DNA of 59,734 nt from a virus. Its lineage: Duplodnaviria > Caudoviricetes. Below are positions 47,961 through 57,751 of this stretch, piece after piece. The translations under genes and the position numbers were made by a program. The notes under the pieces are model-generated. The model saw nothing but the letters and a program-made list of their open reading frames with translations. It searched no databases and was not told where the DNA came from. Position 1 is the first letter of the stretch. Every line of letters starts with the position of its first letter. The stretch covers positions 1 through 59,734 of the IMG/VR virus record IMGVR_UViG_3300008267_000087; one strand, written 5' to 3'.

Positions 47961-48269
47961 TTATTTAATGATGTTTAAATCTTTTAGTTTATTTTCTAAT
48001 TGGCTCATAGATACAAAGTTTAAATCGAATAAGCGAGTAATATAATCCTCTATATTAGTGCTATGATTTAATCCTGTTTTATTCAAGTCAAATAACTTAT
48101 GAGTATGTTGAGATAAAATTATATTATTAGTTTCGGGATGCCAAACCAACAAATCAATCCATCCTTCTTTATCTGAAGGTTTATTAAAGGTATAATCGCT
48201 ATTAGTTTCTTCGTCTTTTAGTTTGAATGTAAAGCCTAACTTTTCTATGTTCTTTTTTGTGATTTTCAT
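47961..48269 (-). CDS. Hypothetical protein
   Basis: TATCTTTG promoter element upstream. Confidence 0.6.
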   Translation of the reverse strand: MKITKKNIEKLGFTFKLKDEETNSDYTFNKPSDKEGWIDLLVWHPETNNIILSQHTHKLFDLNKTGLNHSTNIEDYITRLFDLNFVSMSQLENKLKDLNIIK

Positions 48270-48322
48270 AGGTATAATTGTTTAGGATACAAAGATAAGG
48301 AATAATTTAATATATTGATTGT

Positions 48323-48640
48323 ATGGGTAGAAAACAATTTCAGAAGATGGTTAAGGAATGGAAGGAATGTGGTCCTAAGGAGGTATTTGAAGGTGTAAGG
48401 GATAACTTCATCTTCGGTTTCTTGGGAGCAACCATTGTCGTATTCATCTCCACCCATACAGACGTCATGGTTTTGGTTGGGTATCTTTGTTACTACTTCT
48501 TTATGGGAAGGATTGTTAATCGCCCTAAGTATGTGACGGACTTGGGTAAGCTGATTGTGTTCCCGATACCCTCCGCACTCGGAGCTTTTACAGGGTATAA
48601 ATTGTCCCTGATATTACAGGGTTTTCTACAGCATGTTTAG
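48323..48640 (+). CDS. Membrane protein
   Basis: Three hydrophobic helices; followed by a hairpin at 48653-48677. Confidence 0.65.
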   Translation: MGRKQFQKMVKEWKECGPKEVFEGVRDNFIFGFLGATIVVFISTHTDVMVLVGYLCYYFFMGRIVNRPKYVTDLGKLIVFPIPSALGAFTGYKLSLILQGFLQHV

Positions 48641-48684
48641 TACCCCATCCCTGAAGCGCCCCCGAAGGAGGCGCCTTAGTTTTT

Positions 48685-48993
48685 TTAGATAGCACATTTG
48701 GTATATTCTAACCATGCAATCTCGCAAGCGGTTTTCATAACATCATGGTAGTATCCTGTATGAGGCGCATTTCTTAATGATTCATTTAACCCCCATCGAA
48801 TAACCCATGAGCCACTATTTTCATGATCCCATCCGAATCTTTTAGCTAACTCTTTTTTCATCCATTGTGGAACTTTTTTGTCAGTTGGTTTACCGCCTAA
48901 CATGAAGAACTCTCTAAATACACTTATAGTATAAAGTGTTGGTTTTAAATCTTTACTGAATAACCCATGAGGTAATTTTTCTTTTTGTAACAT
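48685..48993 (-). CDS. Hypothetical protein
   Basis: Promoter-like site and DnaA box upstream. Confidence 0.6.
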   Translation of the reverse strand: MLQKEKLPHGLFSKDLKPTLYTISVFREFFMLGGKPTDKKVPQWMKKELAKRFGWDHENSGSWVIRWGLNESLRNAPHTGYYHDVMKTACEIAWLEYTKCAI

Positions 48994-49049
48994 AATATTA
49001 TGGTTTAGACACGAAGTTACGACTTATTTTTTACTAGAACAAAATAAAG

Positions 49050-49058
49050 TTATCCACA
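49050..49058 (+). promoter_or_regulatory. DnaA box (TTATCCACA)
   Basis: Perfect consensus match. Confidence 0.6.
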
Positions 49059-49576
49059 TAATTGGGGGACTAGTGATTGATTTTTTTAACCTGCAGCGAG
49101 GCGAAGCCGAGCGTATAATTAGTACAAAATTCCCACCTGCCTGTCATACAAATACACCCCTAATAAACTAGCGATTCTGATACTCCCAGCCCTACTTTAT
49201 TTGTACCTTTTTATCGTGGTATTATTTTGGGTAGAAATTCCCACTTACCACTGGTTTTTTTAGATAGCGTATATGATATCGCCATTTTGGGGATAAAGTG
49301 GGGAAAAGTGGGAGTTCGTGGGGATTGTCCCTCGCGTGAATCAAGGAGCATTCTCCGGAAATTTTATAAAGTTTATACTTGTATACAAAATATAAAGGTA
49401 TAATTGTAATACGCTCGCCCTCTACGAGGGCTCGCTTCATCCCTGAATATATGCGCCATGTCATACGCCACATGATGTCATACAATCGCCCCGAAGCGAG
49501 GCGGAGCCGAGCGAACTCACCAAATAAAATCGTATAAAGATATCCACATTATATCCCCATATGTAATACACGGGGC

Positions 49577-49755
49577 GTCCCAGTAAAGTCATACAATTAC
49601 TGGGATGAAGCGGCGCATCGCGCCGCGTAGTAAAGTATAATTGTAATACATGTATACAAAAATTACTGGGATGGGGCGGGGTAAATTTACTGGGATTGTC
49701 TTACGCGCCCCCTGTCGGTGGCGCTTCAGGTTCTGCCAGACAAATTTACTGGGAT
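49577..49755. repeat. TTACTGGGAT motif cluster (4 perfect direct copies + 1 inverted near-copy)
   Basis: 49597, 49663, 49687, 49746; inverted copy at 49577. Confidence 0.9.
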
Positions 49756-49781
49756 AGAAAATGGGATATTGTCTGGCAAAT

Positions 49782-49808
49782 AAAAAACCCCCGTCTTACG
49801 ACGAGGGC
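49782..49808 (-). terminator. Rho-independent terminator
   Basis: Minus strand GCCCTCGTC-GTAA-GACGGGGG followed by T6; near-identical copy at 55268. Confidence 0.8.
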
Positions 49809-49849
49809 TTCTCCCACACTGAAAAGGTGGCTTCAGTATGGATTTAAAT

Positions 49850-50047
49850 TTAAGCTTGCTTTAACAATTGATTGCGGTAGCTGATAGCGTTTCTCTTAGA
49901 ACCGAAATTCTTAGATACACGGCTGCCATCTAAAGTCATACGCACGCGGTATGATGAACCATCATAATATACGTTTGTAGATACAGGCACATAAATTGTC
50001 TTAGGTGTGGTGCGACGAGCGGCTTTGTTAGTTGTTTTCTTTGTCAT
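49850..50047 (-). CDS. Small basic AP2-like DNA-binding protein (putative)
   Basis: NVYYDGSSYRVRMTLDG.RVSKNFGSKRNAISYRN. Confidence 0.55.
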   Translation of the reverse strand: MTKKTTNKAARRTTPKTIYVPVSTNVYYDGSSYRVRMTLDGSRVSKNFGSKRNAISYRNQLLKQA

Positions 50048-50181
50048 TTTACTGATTTTTAAGATGATTATTTATTTCTTTAATAAAATATATCATTTAA
50101 ATTCCGTAAAAAAAAATAGTGGGCAAATTATTTTGTAATGTCCCTGCCCGCGTAATACAACCTGCAGCCCCGCAGGGGCGC

Positions 50182-50400
50182 TTACTCCTGTCTTACATAG
50201 TCCGCCGTGGGTTCCCCGTCATCGTCAATGCTGTTCCAATACTTATCGAACTCAGCTTCGCTGCAGTAGCGGGTACCGTACTTCTCATACATATACCTGT
50301 GATAATACGGGAACATGTCATGCTTTGTTGTTATGTAACCAATGGTGAAGTCGAACCAAAAGCTGTAGGATTTAGCCAGGTCCTTGAGGATTTTATTCAT
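50182..50400 (-). CDS. Hypothetical protein
   Basis: Member of the minus-strand run. Confidence 0.55.
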   Translation of the reverse strand: MNKILKDLAKSYSFWFDFTIGYITTKHDMFPYYHRYMYEKYGTRYCSEAEFDKYWNSIDDDGEPTADYVRQE

Positions 50401-50406
50401 ATGGGA

Positions 50407-50622
50407 TTAATTTTCTTGTGTATACTCTAAGTTGAAGTCGTCATACAACTGGTGAAGGACTTTTTCCTCCCCGCGCATTTCATGACACTTGTTGTAGAGA
50501 TTCTTACGTTCGTCTTGAGTGACGGACATGCCAAGGTCTATCAGGTTTTCAAACTCCTGTACCTTAGCTGACAGGTTCTCGAGTCTCTCAAGAACCCATC
50601 TCCTTAGGTTTTCTTTATCCAT
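50407..50622 (-). CDS. Hypothetical protein
   Basis: Member of the minus-strand run. Confidence 0.6.
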   Translation of the reverse strand: MDKENLRRWVLERLENLSAKVQEFENLIDLGMSVTQDERKNLYNKCHEMRGEEKVLHQLYDDFNLEYTQEN

Positions 50623-50636
50623 CTATATAAGGGGAT

Positions 50637-50846
50637 TTACTTTCTCTTGTCAATAATATCGTTCCATAGGCTGTAGTGCCCACGAATGGAGGTTGTCTCC
50701 TTTACGGCAGCATCCAATGTTAACCCTGTTTTATATGAACGGTAGTTGGTACCATCCATTGAAACCTGGACTTCATGCTTACCTGCCTCAGATAATTGAA
50801 TTCTTGTCTTTACCGCAGCTTTAGCGGTACTGATTCTCTTTCTCAT
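50637..50846 (-). CDS. Hypothetical protein
   Basis: Member of the minus-strand run. Confidence 0.6.
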   Translation of the reverse strand: MRKRISTAKAAVKTRIQLSEAGKHEVQVSMDGTNYRSYKTGLTLDAAVKETTSIRGHYSLWNDIIDKRK

Positions 50847-51092
50847 ATTTGTTTTTTATAGTTACTAATCAGAAGCATCAGATGCCCCCATTGTATTACG
50901 AAGCCCAAAGATAGGGGAATACGCGTTGTATTACGCATTGGCGTTTAATTAATCCTCCTTCTTAAGGTTCTCAATGAACTCACAAATGTTACAGGTTCCG
51001 TCGGATTCGAGCTTAGCTCCGCATTCCCTGCAGCAATCGCTTTTGTTATCTTCGTCCATTGTAATACGCATTTAAGTTTAAAGGTATACAAA

Positions 51093-51590
51093 CTATTTGT
51101 TCCTACCAAATTTATTTTTTACCTCCTGCATCAGGCGTTCGTTCTCCGCGATTTCGAAATCCATTGCATCCTGAAGCTTAATGGTTGCATCCTGTTGGAA
51201 TATCTTGTTCTTGGCGATATCCTTCAAGGTTTTCCCGTACATGTCAGAAAATCCAACCAGTACCCTGATATCCTTGGTGGAGGTATTGGTTCTATAGAAG
51301 CTCACGCGGGCGTAGATATACTCCCTTAAGATGCTAAGCTTGATGTCCTTAGGGTTCAGATTCTCACGTACGCGCTTCTGCAGGATTAGCTGCTCCAAAT
51401 CCGCCAACACTCTATACTGATCCTTCTGAGCGTCGATTAGTTTCTTATAGTCAGCTGTAATAGCTTTTAAAGACTTGGACGACTTCAGGTTCTTCCCGCT
51501 GTTGATAAACTCATCATACTTACTAATACGACTTGCACTTCCCACGATGTCGACGAATACTCCGCCGATAGTTTTGTTCACTCTTCCCAT
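51093..51590 (-). CDS. Hypothetical protein
   Basis: 165 aa ORF. Confidence 0.7.
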   Translation of the reverse strand: MGRVNKTIGGVFVDIVGSASRISKYDEFINSGKNLKSSKSLKAITADYKKLIDAQKDQYRVLADLEQLILQKRVRENLNPKDIKLSILREYIYARVSFYRTNTSTKDIRVLVGFSDMYGKTLKDIAKNKIFQQDATIKLQDAMDFEIAENERLMQEVKNKFGRNK

Positions 51591-51599
51591 TGTTTTATT

Positions 51600-51794
51600 T
51601 TAAAATTTAAATTGAAATTTAGCTTTACTCATATCAAAATGATGTCTCTCTGGTTTTGGGATGTGCTTGGGCAGCCTGCTGCCAATCTTCATCTCTCTGA
51701 ACCAATTAATGAATTCCTGTTTCGAGAATGTCTCACCTCTCTCGATTTCGATTTCTATAAGCCTCTCTGGCTTAATGTTGTTAAATTGCTGCAT
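51600..51794 (-). CDS. Hypothetical protein (ends KFQFKF)
   Basis: Coupled to the upstream gene. Confidence 0.6.
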   Translation of the reverse strand: MQQFNNIKPERLIEIEIERGETFSKQEFINWFREMKIGSRLPKHIPKPERHHFDMSKAKFQFKF

Positions 51795-52509
51795 CTTGTT
51801 TTATTTGGTTATATAATTCTTCCACATCCATAACAACTTCTTCGTTGATGAAGGGAATGATTTCCTCTATGAATTGTATTGCTCCTGCATCAGGATTCCG
51901 ATCTACATATGTTTCAATGGTAGACTCCAGACGACTCCAAAACATTTCCCTGTCCAACTTGTATTGTCCTCTGAGATAGTCATCACTCGCCCCTACTGAT
52001 CCGTCGTAACGTTCCTCTTCTATCATCTCACCATTATCGTACTCAACCCTGCCCACGATGGCGTTACCTGGTTCATCGTAATGTATGGACACACCTACAC
52101 CATATTTCTTGGACAGCATCTTGCAGAACTTGTCGCAGGGACCCCACGCCGTCATCGGAGCTATAATAATCTCCTGCTCTGTAATACTGTGGATGTTGGC
52201 TTGCTCAATACTATAATCCCATTTGGTACCGTAGAACGAACTCTGCGGGTGCAGCAGGTAATCGTGTTCATCAACTATCCTGTCATATTCCTCGTCACGA
52301 GGACACAGGGAATTCATAACTAAGTTATCAGGATATGGGTAGTCACGTAATACATCATCCAACGTGGAGGTTCCACTGGCGAGGATATCCTTCCTGACTA
52401 TATTCACCTCCTGTATTACACGTTCAGACTCGGTGAAGTACTTGTATATAGGAGCCATATTTTCCTTCTCGCCATATATAATAATATAATTGTCACACCA
52501 ATTTGGCAT
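51781..52509 (-). CDS. DUF1281/Api92-like ferredoxin-fold protein
   Basis: MPNWCDN, YGTKWD, TAWGP, YDEPG. Confidence 0.75.
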   Translation of the reverse strand: MPNWCDNYIIIYGEKENMAPIYKYFTESERVIQEVNIVRKDILASGTSTLDDVLRDYPYPDNLVMNSLCPRDEEYDRIVDEHDYLLHPQSSFYGTKWDYSIEQANIHSITEQEIIIAPMTAWGPCDKFCKMLSKKYGVGVSIHYDEPGNAIVGRVEYDNGEMIEEERYDGSVGASDDYLRGQYKLDREMFWSRLESTIETYVDRNPDAGAIQFIEEIIPFINEEVVMDVEELYNQIKQDAAI

Positions 52510-52529
52510 AGCTGTAAGTTTTAAAGATA

Positions 52530-52561
52530 CAAAGATAAGGGGAATATTATTATATTCCAAA
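52530..52561 (-). promoter_or_regulatory. Bacteroidota-type promoter
   Basis: Minus strand TTTG-N20-TATCTTTG. Confidence 0.75.
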
Positions 52562-52582
52562 TAATATCCCCTTTATATTTTT

Positions 52583-53128
52583 TTACCAAGAAGCTCGGTA
52601 ATAGAAATCACCACCTGGTTCTGATAATAAATTCTCTACCAGCTCCAATGTTTTTCCTACCTGTTCTAAATAATAATCACCATATTCAGTTCCACCAAAG
52701 AAGAACCCACTCGCTGATGGAAATAACTCATCCGCAACGGATGTATCAGAAAAGACTTGAATGTCTTCCATAATGTCACCATTTGCACCCCAACCAGCTT
52801 TAACCGAAATTGTTTTCTTTGGTGATGATAGTAAAGAAAGTTGAACCTTATGAAGAACTTCTAATAGCTCTTCCATTTTAGCCTCTGATACATATACATC
52901 TTTACAGTCATCCACGCCTTCTGCACATTCATTAACGAACCAATTATGAAGAGCGTTGAACTTTCGCCAGTAGCCAACCTGTTCTGTGACATAACAAATC
53001 AGTTTCGGATTAATCGCTTTATAAGCTTTTCCGCCACGCTTAACCGTTACTTTAAATTGATCTTCAGGCTTATTATGCTTCCATTGTTGAACATAAGTTT
53101 TCTTATACAAATACATATCTAATCCCAT
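52583..53128 (-). CDS. Hypothetical phage early-type protein
   Basis: MGLDMYL...GYWRKFNALHNWF...GFFFG...YYRASW. Confidence 0.8.
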   Translation of the reverse strand: MGLDMYLYKKTYVQQWKHNKPEDQFKVTVKRGGKAYKAINPKLICYVTEQVGYWRKFNALHNWFVNECAEGVDDCKDVYVSEAKMEELLEVLHKVQLSLLSSPKKTISVKAGWGANGDIMEDIQVFSDTSVADELFPSASGFFFGGTEYGDYYLEQVGKTLELVENLLSEPGGDFYYRASW

Positions 53129-53149
53129 AAAAAATAGATTTAATTTTGA

Positions 53150-53650
53150 TTATTGAAATACGACTTTACCTAATGAAAGTTTAACGACATTGTCTGTGAT
53201 GATAATCTTACCAATATCCTCTCTATCTTCACCCTGCCATTCAACTTCACCGCTTAATTTATATCCCCACGGTGCAAAAAAGTTTGTGATGTAATACTGT
53301 ATCCACTCCACATAATTGTAGAACTTCTCCGAACCATCCCATATGATGGTATCGTTATTCTCCACATTCCATTGACACCATAAACCAGGTTGAGTACTTG
53401 GAGCGTGATTGTAATTGGTGATGCTGTCATCGCCGTCCTGTCCTGCGAAACCTGCACCGCCGACAAAGAATTCACCTTCGACACCGTACTCGCCGTTTAA
53501 ACCGTGTTCACCATTAAACATCTCTTTTAATTTTTCCACATCGCGTTTCATCCTGCGAGTGTCTGCGAATTTGTTTACATAAATCGCTTGTTCATCCGTA
53601 AGTGGTTTGTCTAATTTGAACGAACCACTGAAATCTGTTGAATAGCCCAT
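53150..53650 (-). CDS. Hypothetical phage early-type protein
   Basis: MGYSTDF...QPGLWCQW...WDGSEKFYNYVEW...WQGE. Confidence 0.8.
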   Translation of the reverse strand: MGYSTDFSGSFKLDKPLTDEQAIYVNKFADTRRMKRDVEKLKEMFNGEHGLNGEYGVEGEFFVGGAGFAGQDGDDSITNYNHAPSTQPGLWCQWNVENNDTIIWDGSEKFYNYVEWIQYYITNFFAPWGYKLSGEVEWQGEDREDIGKIIITDNVVKLSLGKVVFQ

Positions 53651-53744
53651 TTTTTTAAAATTTAATTGTTAAAGAATAGAAAGCAAATATACAACTTATA
53701 TCATTACAATAATCATATCAGCCAAATATTTTTTTATTTTTTTA

Positions 53745-53847
53745 TTACTGGGATGAATTGCCACAGGGAATAAAACTTACTGGGATGTGCAGCTCCCTGT
53801 AATACACCCAGTAAACTTCCTGAATTATGCACAATTATTACTGGGAT
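53745..53847. repeat. TTACTGGGAT motif cluster with inverted copy
   Basis: 53745, 53777, 53838; inverted CCCAGTAA at 53807. Confidence 0.9.
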
Positions 53848-53890
53848 GGCGGCGGGAAAATAAAACAGGAACATTGCTGTTCCCGTCCTA

Positions 53891-54112
53891 TTAATCAAAA
53901 ACTACTATCGCACCCTCACGGATAATTCTTTGTTCACGCTGTTCTGCTGTGGTAAACCACTCAACTTCATAGATATCACCTTCACCCTCGAAGTCCATAT
54001 AGTTTAATCCATATATTAAACCTTCGTTGTTATCGTCATCAGGATACTTACAGTCCTGTTTAACTGTTTCCCACATAACGCGTTCCACATAAACTCTACT
54101 TTGCTGTTTCAT
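53891..54112 (-). CDS. Hypothetical protein
   Basis: Member of the minus-strand run. Confidence 0.6.
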   Translation of the reverse strand: MKQQSRVYVERVMWETVKQDCKYPDDDNNEGLIYGLNYMDFEGEGDIYEVEWFTTAEQREQRIIREGAIVVFD

Positions 54113-54332
54113 TTTCAGGATATAATTTAGCGTACTTAATATATTCGTAGATGTCCATCAGGGTATCCAAGCTCAAAGTATTCTCTGTGAATTCTTCTAC
54201 AGTTGAGTCCTCCGTATCGACAGCACTCACCATTAACAAACCTCCGTCGTAGAACTTCATCTTACCGATTGCTACCAGTTCAGCCATAATATCCTTACGG
54301 ATCTGTCTTAGGATTTCGTTATAATCTTTCAT
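54096..54332 (-). CDS. Hypothetical protein
   Basis: Member of the minus-strand run. Confidence 0.6.
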   Translation of the reverse strand: MKDYNEILRQIRKDIMAELVAIGKMKFYDGGLLMVSAVDTEDSTVEEFTENTLSLDTLMDIYEYIKYAKLYPENETAK

Positions 54333-54553
54333 TACTGATTTGTTGAGGTTGCAAAATATAAAACAGTTGCGGACTCGCTGTCATACGGAATGCTTAATTG
54401 CTCACATATATCCTCCCATACAGTGTTATTTTCGAAGTCCTCTGGAAACAGATTTAAATAAGCACCCTGCGGATTAATATTCTTCCATTTTAAATCCTGC
54501 AACTGCTTCACCTGCGTATCGTTTATAAACTTCTTTGTTGGTATCTGTGTCAT
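54332..54553 (-). CDS. Hypothetical protein
   Basis: Member of the minus-strand run. Confidence 0.6.
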   Translation of the reverse strand: MTQIPTKKFINDTQVKQLQDLKWKNINPQGAYLNLFPEDFENNTVWEDICEQLSIPYDSESATVLYFATSTNQ

Positions 54554-54557
54554 AGTA

Positions 54558-55124
54558 TTAAAGTTGAGCTTTCCAAAAATCTAAATCAATATCCTCGTCA
54601 ATTAAATAATCAAGGAAGAACCCTACAACTTTCTCATTATCATCAAGTAATACATATAAGTCATACGAACCATCACCAATTCCACTTGATGATACTACGC
54701 CGTAACCATACGCACCCCAACTATCATCACTCAAAGTTTTATCAGCCATATGAGCATACCACTTATCGCCGTCTTCTTTACCGCTATATTCAAACTTCGG
54801 TGCAATCTTAAAGATGCTATCATTGCGGTAACTATCTTTACTGAATACACCACATTGTCCGCTATCAACGCCGATTGTTCCTCCGTGTTCTGTCCATTGT
54901 AAATTTGATTTAATATCCGCGTGTTCTTGGTGAATAACACATAGGGCTGAAATTCTACTACCCCATCCGCTAAGATTACTATTTAAAACAAACGGAATGT
55001 AATCACCCTCCTTAACATCCTTAACAATAACTTGGCACCAAGTTGGTATCGTATAGCAGGGATCTGAAACCACAACTTCATTACCTAACTTAACGATTGT
55101 TTTAATTCTTTTTTTCGTTTTCAT
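54558..55124 (-). CDS. DUF4241-like protein
   Basis: VVSDPCY, IGVDSGQCG, SSSGIGDGSY. Confidence 0.7.
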   Translation of the reverse strand: MKTKKRIKTIVKLGNEVVVSDPCYTIPTWCQVIVKDVKEGDYIPFVLNSNLSGWGSRISALCVIHQEHADIKSNLQWTEHGGTIGVDSGQCGVFSKDSYRNDSIFKIAPKFEYSGKEDGDKWYAHMADKTLSDDSWGAYGYGVVSSSGIGDGSYDLYVLLDDNEKVVGFFLDYLIDEDIDLDFWKAQL

Positions 55125-55148
55125 ACTAATATTATTTTGATTAGAGAA

Positions 55149-55180
55149 CAAAGGTATACAAGTTATTTTATTATACCAAA
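55149..55180 (-). promoter_or_regulatory. Bacteroidota-type promoter
   Basis: Minus strand TTTG-N20-TACCTTTG. Confidence 0.78.
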
Positions 55181-55198
55181 TATTTTTTTAAAATTTAT

Positions 55199-55254
55199 TT
55201 ACTGGGATGTCCTGTGCTGTATTACACCCAGTAATATTTTAAATTTACTGGGAT
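55199..55254. repeat. TTACTGGGAT hairpin element
   Basis: TTACTGGGATGTCCTGTGCTGTATTACACCCAGTAA plus a copy at 55245; near-identical to 57049-57104. Confidence 0.9.
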
Positions 55255-55267
55255 GGACAGCCTAATG

Positions 55268-55293
55268 AAAAACCCCCGTCTTACGACAGGGGC
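55268..55293 (-). terminator. Rho-independent terminator
   Basis: Minus strand GCCCCTGTC-GTAA-GACGGGGG followed by T5. Confidence 0.8.
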
Positions 55294-55299
55294 TGTTCT

Positions 55300-55839
55300 C
55301 TATCCTTCAACTAAATCAAAAACTACTTCTTCATAGTTTAACGGTTTAACCGCTTCAACACTTATCACATCACGAGCCCACGAGCCGATTAAATGGTGCT
55401 CACCTTTAAAATCCCCGCCACCTCTACCGTTACCCTCACAGGTTAATAACGGTAAGGGGTGAATCTTTGCACCCTTCCAATCTGGAATAGATTTAATTTT
55501 AGTCTTATTAACAAACAGTCTCTTACTGTGATTAATAAGGTACTTATACGACTTATCAACTAATCCCGCAGGAGGCACAAATTTAGTACTCTCATCTGCT
55601 TTGTCATACAGATTAACATCTCCTTCGTCATTGTCCGCATAGTCACCAGCCCATACTATTTTAGATTTATACCAGCTCCCGTGCGGCGTTAATTGTTTTT
55701 CAATGGCACCCACAAATTCATTTTTAATATAACTGTGTTCCATTAATTTAAGCCCGTTATTATAGTCGTGAGAATTCGCCCAGGCTTTAATTGTTTTAGC
55801 GTCATCTTGCAATATGCAAGGCTTGTAATACTGTCCCAT
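55300..55839 (-). CDS. Hypothetical phage early-type protein
   Basis: MGQYY..GLKLMEHSY..WAGDYAD..IHPLPLLTCEGNGRGGGD..GSWA. Confidence 0.8.
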   Translation of the reverse strand: MGQYYKPCILQDDAKTIKAWANSHDYNNGLKLMEHSYIKNEFVGAIEKQLTPHGSWYKSKIVWAGDYADNDEGDVNLYDKADESTKFVPPAGLVDKSYKYLINHSKRLFVNKTKIKSIPDWKGAKIHPLPLLTCEGNGRGGGDFKGEHHLIGSWARDVISVEAVKPLNYEEVVFDLVEG

Positions 55840-55863
55840 AGATTTAAATTTAAATTGATTAGT

Positions 55864-56163
55864 TTATTTGATATCTTTATATGTGATACGAGTTATTTTA
55901 TAATTCCAACTTTCAAGGTAAGCAAAAAGGAATTCGTCATTTTCAATGATTTCCATTTTTGTATAATCTTGTTTTTCAGTATCGCCCATAATATCCTGCC
56001 AATAATCCCAAAGATACTCCGACACGTGAAATTTTAACGCCTTCAATGTAAAATACTCAGTTGGAATAGTTGCATCGTCTGCATCTTCCAATTTGTACAA
56101 AACAGATTTAGATAGTTCGGTTTTATCAAACCTCACTTTTTTACTTTCAATTACTTTTTTCAT
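55864..56163 (-). CDS. Hypothetical protein
   Basis: Has its own promoter. Confidence 0.65.
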   Translation of the reverse strand: MKKVIESKKVRFDKTELSKSVLYKLEDADDATIPTEYFTLKALKFHVSEYLWDYWQDIMGDTEKQDYTKMEIIENDEFLFAYLESWNYKITRITYKDIK

Positions 56164-56186
56164 TTTTTAGTTTTTTGATTAGAGAA

Positions 56187-56218
56187 CAAAGATATAAACT
56201 TTATATTTAAATAACAAA
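56187..56218 (-). promoter_or_regulatory. Bacteroidota-type promoter
   Basis: Minus strand TTTG-N20-TATCTTTG. Confidence 0.72.
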
Positions 56219-56959
56219 TTTATTTTTAGTTAATTTATTTCGTACACGCTTAAATTTAAGCCCTACAATAATATCCTTATCATCCCTATATCGCATATCA
56301 TATTTATCGCCGTCAATAACTTTACGCCCCCAAAATTCAGTAGGTACTTTGTTAAACACAACCGCCACGCGTATATTATTTTCTAACATATGTATACACT
56401 CATTATAATTGTGTCCGCTAAAACTAAAAGTAAGATCGTAGTTGTCATACTTTGTTAACAGCTTACTTCTGATTGCAACCTTTGTATAATCGTAAAATTG
56501 CACCGCAGGAAATAATTGTAAAATATTAATTGATTTTTTACCCTGCTTAACATAAAACATTTCAGGGCTAATATCTGATGTGTTATTAAGGCGTACGCTA
56601 AAACTATAATTTAGTCGCATAGCTTTAATGTGAGCCGTTGTAATTTCATCAATCATCCACGCCATAAAGAACTCGCGCTCTTCGAAAAACAATTTAGTTT
56701 TAGCGATACGTGACTTATTAATTTTATCATCGTTCATATTCATTGTGTTCATTCCTGATTCATTCAGGCACAACCTTGTACATTCAGCCGTTCGTTTGGG
56801 GCATACTTCATAACCGCTCATTTTTGCAGGTGCTAAATATAAGCTGTATGTTAGCTCATTAAAATTGAAAGCCTTCTGATGCTTTGTAGTTAGATTAACA
56901 GAACCTAAATAACCGATTCCCGTTTGACGCTTCGCGTCTGCTTTGTTTTTGTAAATCAT
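56207..56959 (-). CDS. GP88-family (radical-SAM-like) phage protein
   Basis: LYLAPA..SG..VCP....C...CL, VRLNNTSDI, QFYDYTK, YDLTFS, IDGD..D.R, IVGLKFK. Confidence 0.75.
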   Translation of the reverse strand: MIYKNKADAKRQTGIGYLGSVNLTTKHQKAFNFNELTYSLYLAPAKMSGYEVCPKRTAECTRLCLNESGMNTMNMNDDKINKSRIAKTKLFFEEREFFMAWMIDEITTAHIKAMRLNYSFSVRLNNTSDISPEMFYVKQGKKSINILQLFPAVQFYDYTKVAIRSKLLTKYDNYDLTFSFSGHNYNECIHMLENNIRVAVVFNKVPTEFWGRKVIDGDKYDMRYRDDKDIIVGLKFKRVRNKLTKNKFVI

Positions 56960-56978
56960 TTTTATGTGTTTTAGAATG

Positions 56979-57011
56979 CAAATATACAACTTATATTTTT
57001 ATATAAACAAA
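56979..57011 (-). promoter_or_regulatory. Bacteroidota-type promoter
   Basis: Minus strand TTTG-N21-TATATTTG. Confidence 0.75.
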
Positions 57012-57029
57012 TTTATTTTAAAGATTTAT

Positions 57030-57104
57030 TTACTGGGATAAAAATAATTTACTGGGATGTCCTGTGCTGTATTACGTCCAGTAACATTTTAAATTTACTG
57101 GGAT
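57030..57104. repeat. TTACTGGGAT motif cluster/hairpin element
   Basis: 57030, 57049, 57095; degenerate inverted copy at ~57077. Confidence 0.9.
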
Positions 57105-57132
57105 GGGACTGATAAAATAAAGGAGTTACCCT

Positions 57133-57414
57133 TTATTTGTCATACGCTAATATTCTACTTTCAATACCTTCATAAACCATCTGTCCGACAGCATCATCAT
57201 CCATCACATAATTCAATATATCATCCATATCGTTATCAGATAGTTCTATCTGGTTGTCATCGGATATTCCTAATCTATTTTCATTGATGTCATCTAATCT
57301 TAACTGTACATCTTCACGACCAAACAGTAACTGTGTTACGAAGCCCCTGTTTCTTAATTCCTGTATTAAATCCTGTGTGTCAAGATTTGATAGATCTGCA
57401 AAGCTCTTACTCAT
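57133..57414 (-). CDS. Hypothetical protein
   Basis: Member of the minus-strand run. Confidence 0.65.
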   Translation of the reverse strand: MSKSFADLSNLDTQDLIQELRNRGFVTQLLFGREDVQLRLDDINENRLGISDDNQIELSDNDMDDILNYVMDDDAVGQMVYEGIESRILAYDK

Positions 57415-57733
57415 ATACTTCTTTTAATTGTGATATATTATACTTACCTTCTTCCAGTTCATCCAAAGCCCACGCCAGTTCATACGGGTTTAACTCATCT
57501 AAATTAATTTCCATCTGTTCTTTGGCAATAACGAAACCATCATTGGTTAGATACTGTACAGTAATAAGCTCAATGCCCATATCATAATCTGTACCCATAT
57601 CATTGGCTTCAATTTGAACAACGAATAAGTTTTTAAATTCAATCTGTTCTAACTGTTTAGAATTCATAAAGTCCTTGATCTCATTTATGATATCAGCTCT
57701 TAACTCCGATACCCTTTGTGCGTTTCTTCTCAT
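57407..57733 (-). CDS. Hypothetical protein
   Basis: Member of the minus-strand run. Confidence 0.65.
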   Translation of the reverse strand: MRRNAQRVSELRADIINEIKDFMNSKQLEQIEFKNLFVVQIEANDMGTDYDMGIELITVQYLTNDGFVIAKEQMEINLDELNPYELAWALDELEEGKYNISQLKEVYE

Positions 57734-57751
57734 ATAGATTAGTTTTAATGA

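Noticed and set aside
49222-49884. ORFs 49222..49485 (-) and 49696..49884 (+)
   Set aside because: They run through hairpins, repeats and a terminator, with atypical composition and no expression signals; probably non-coding.
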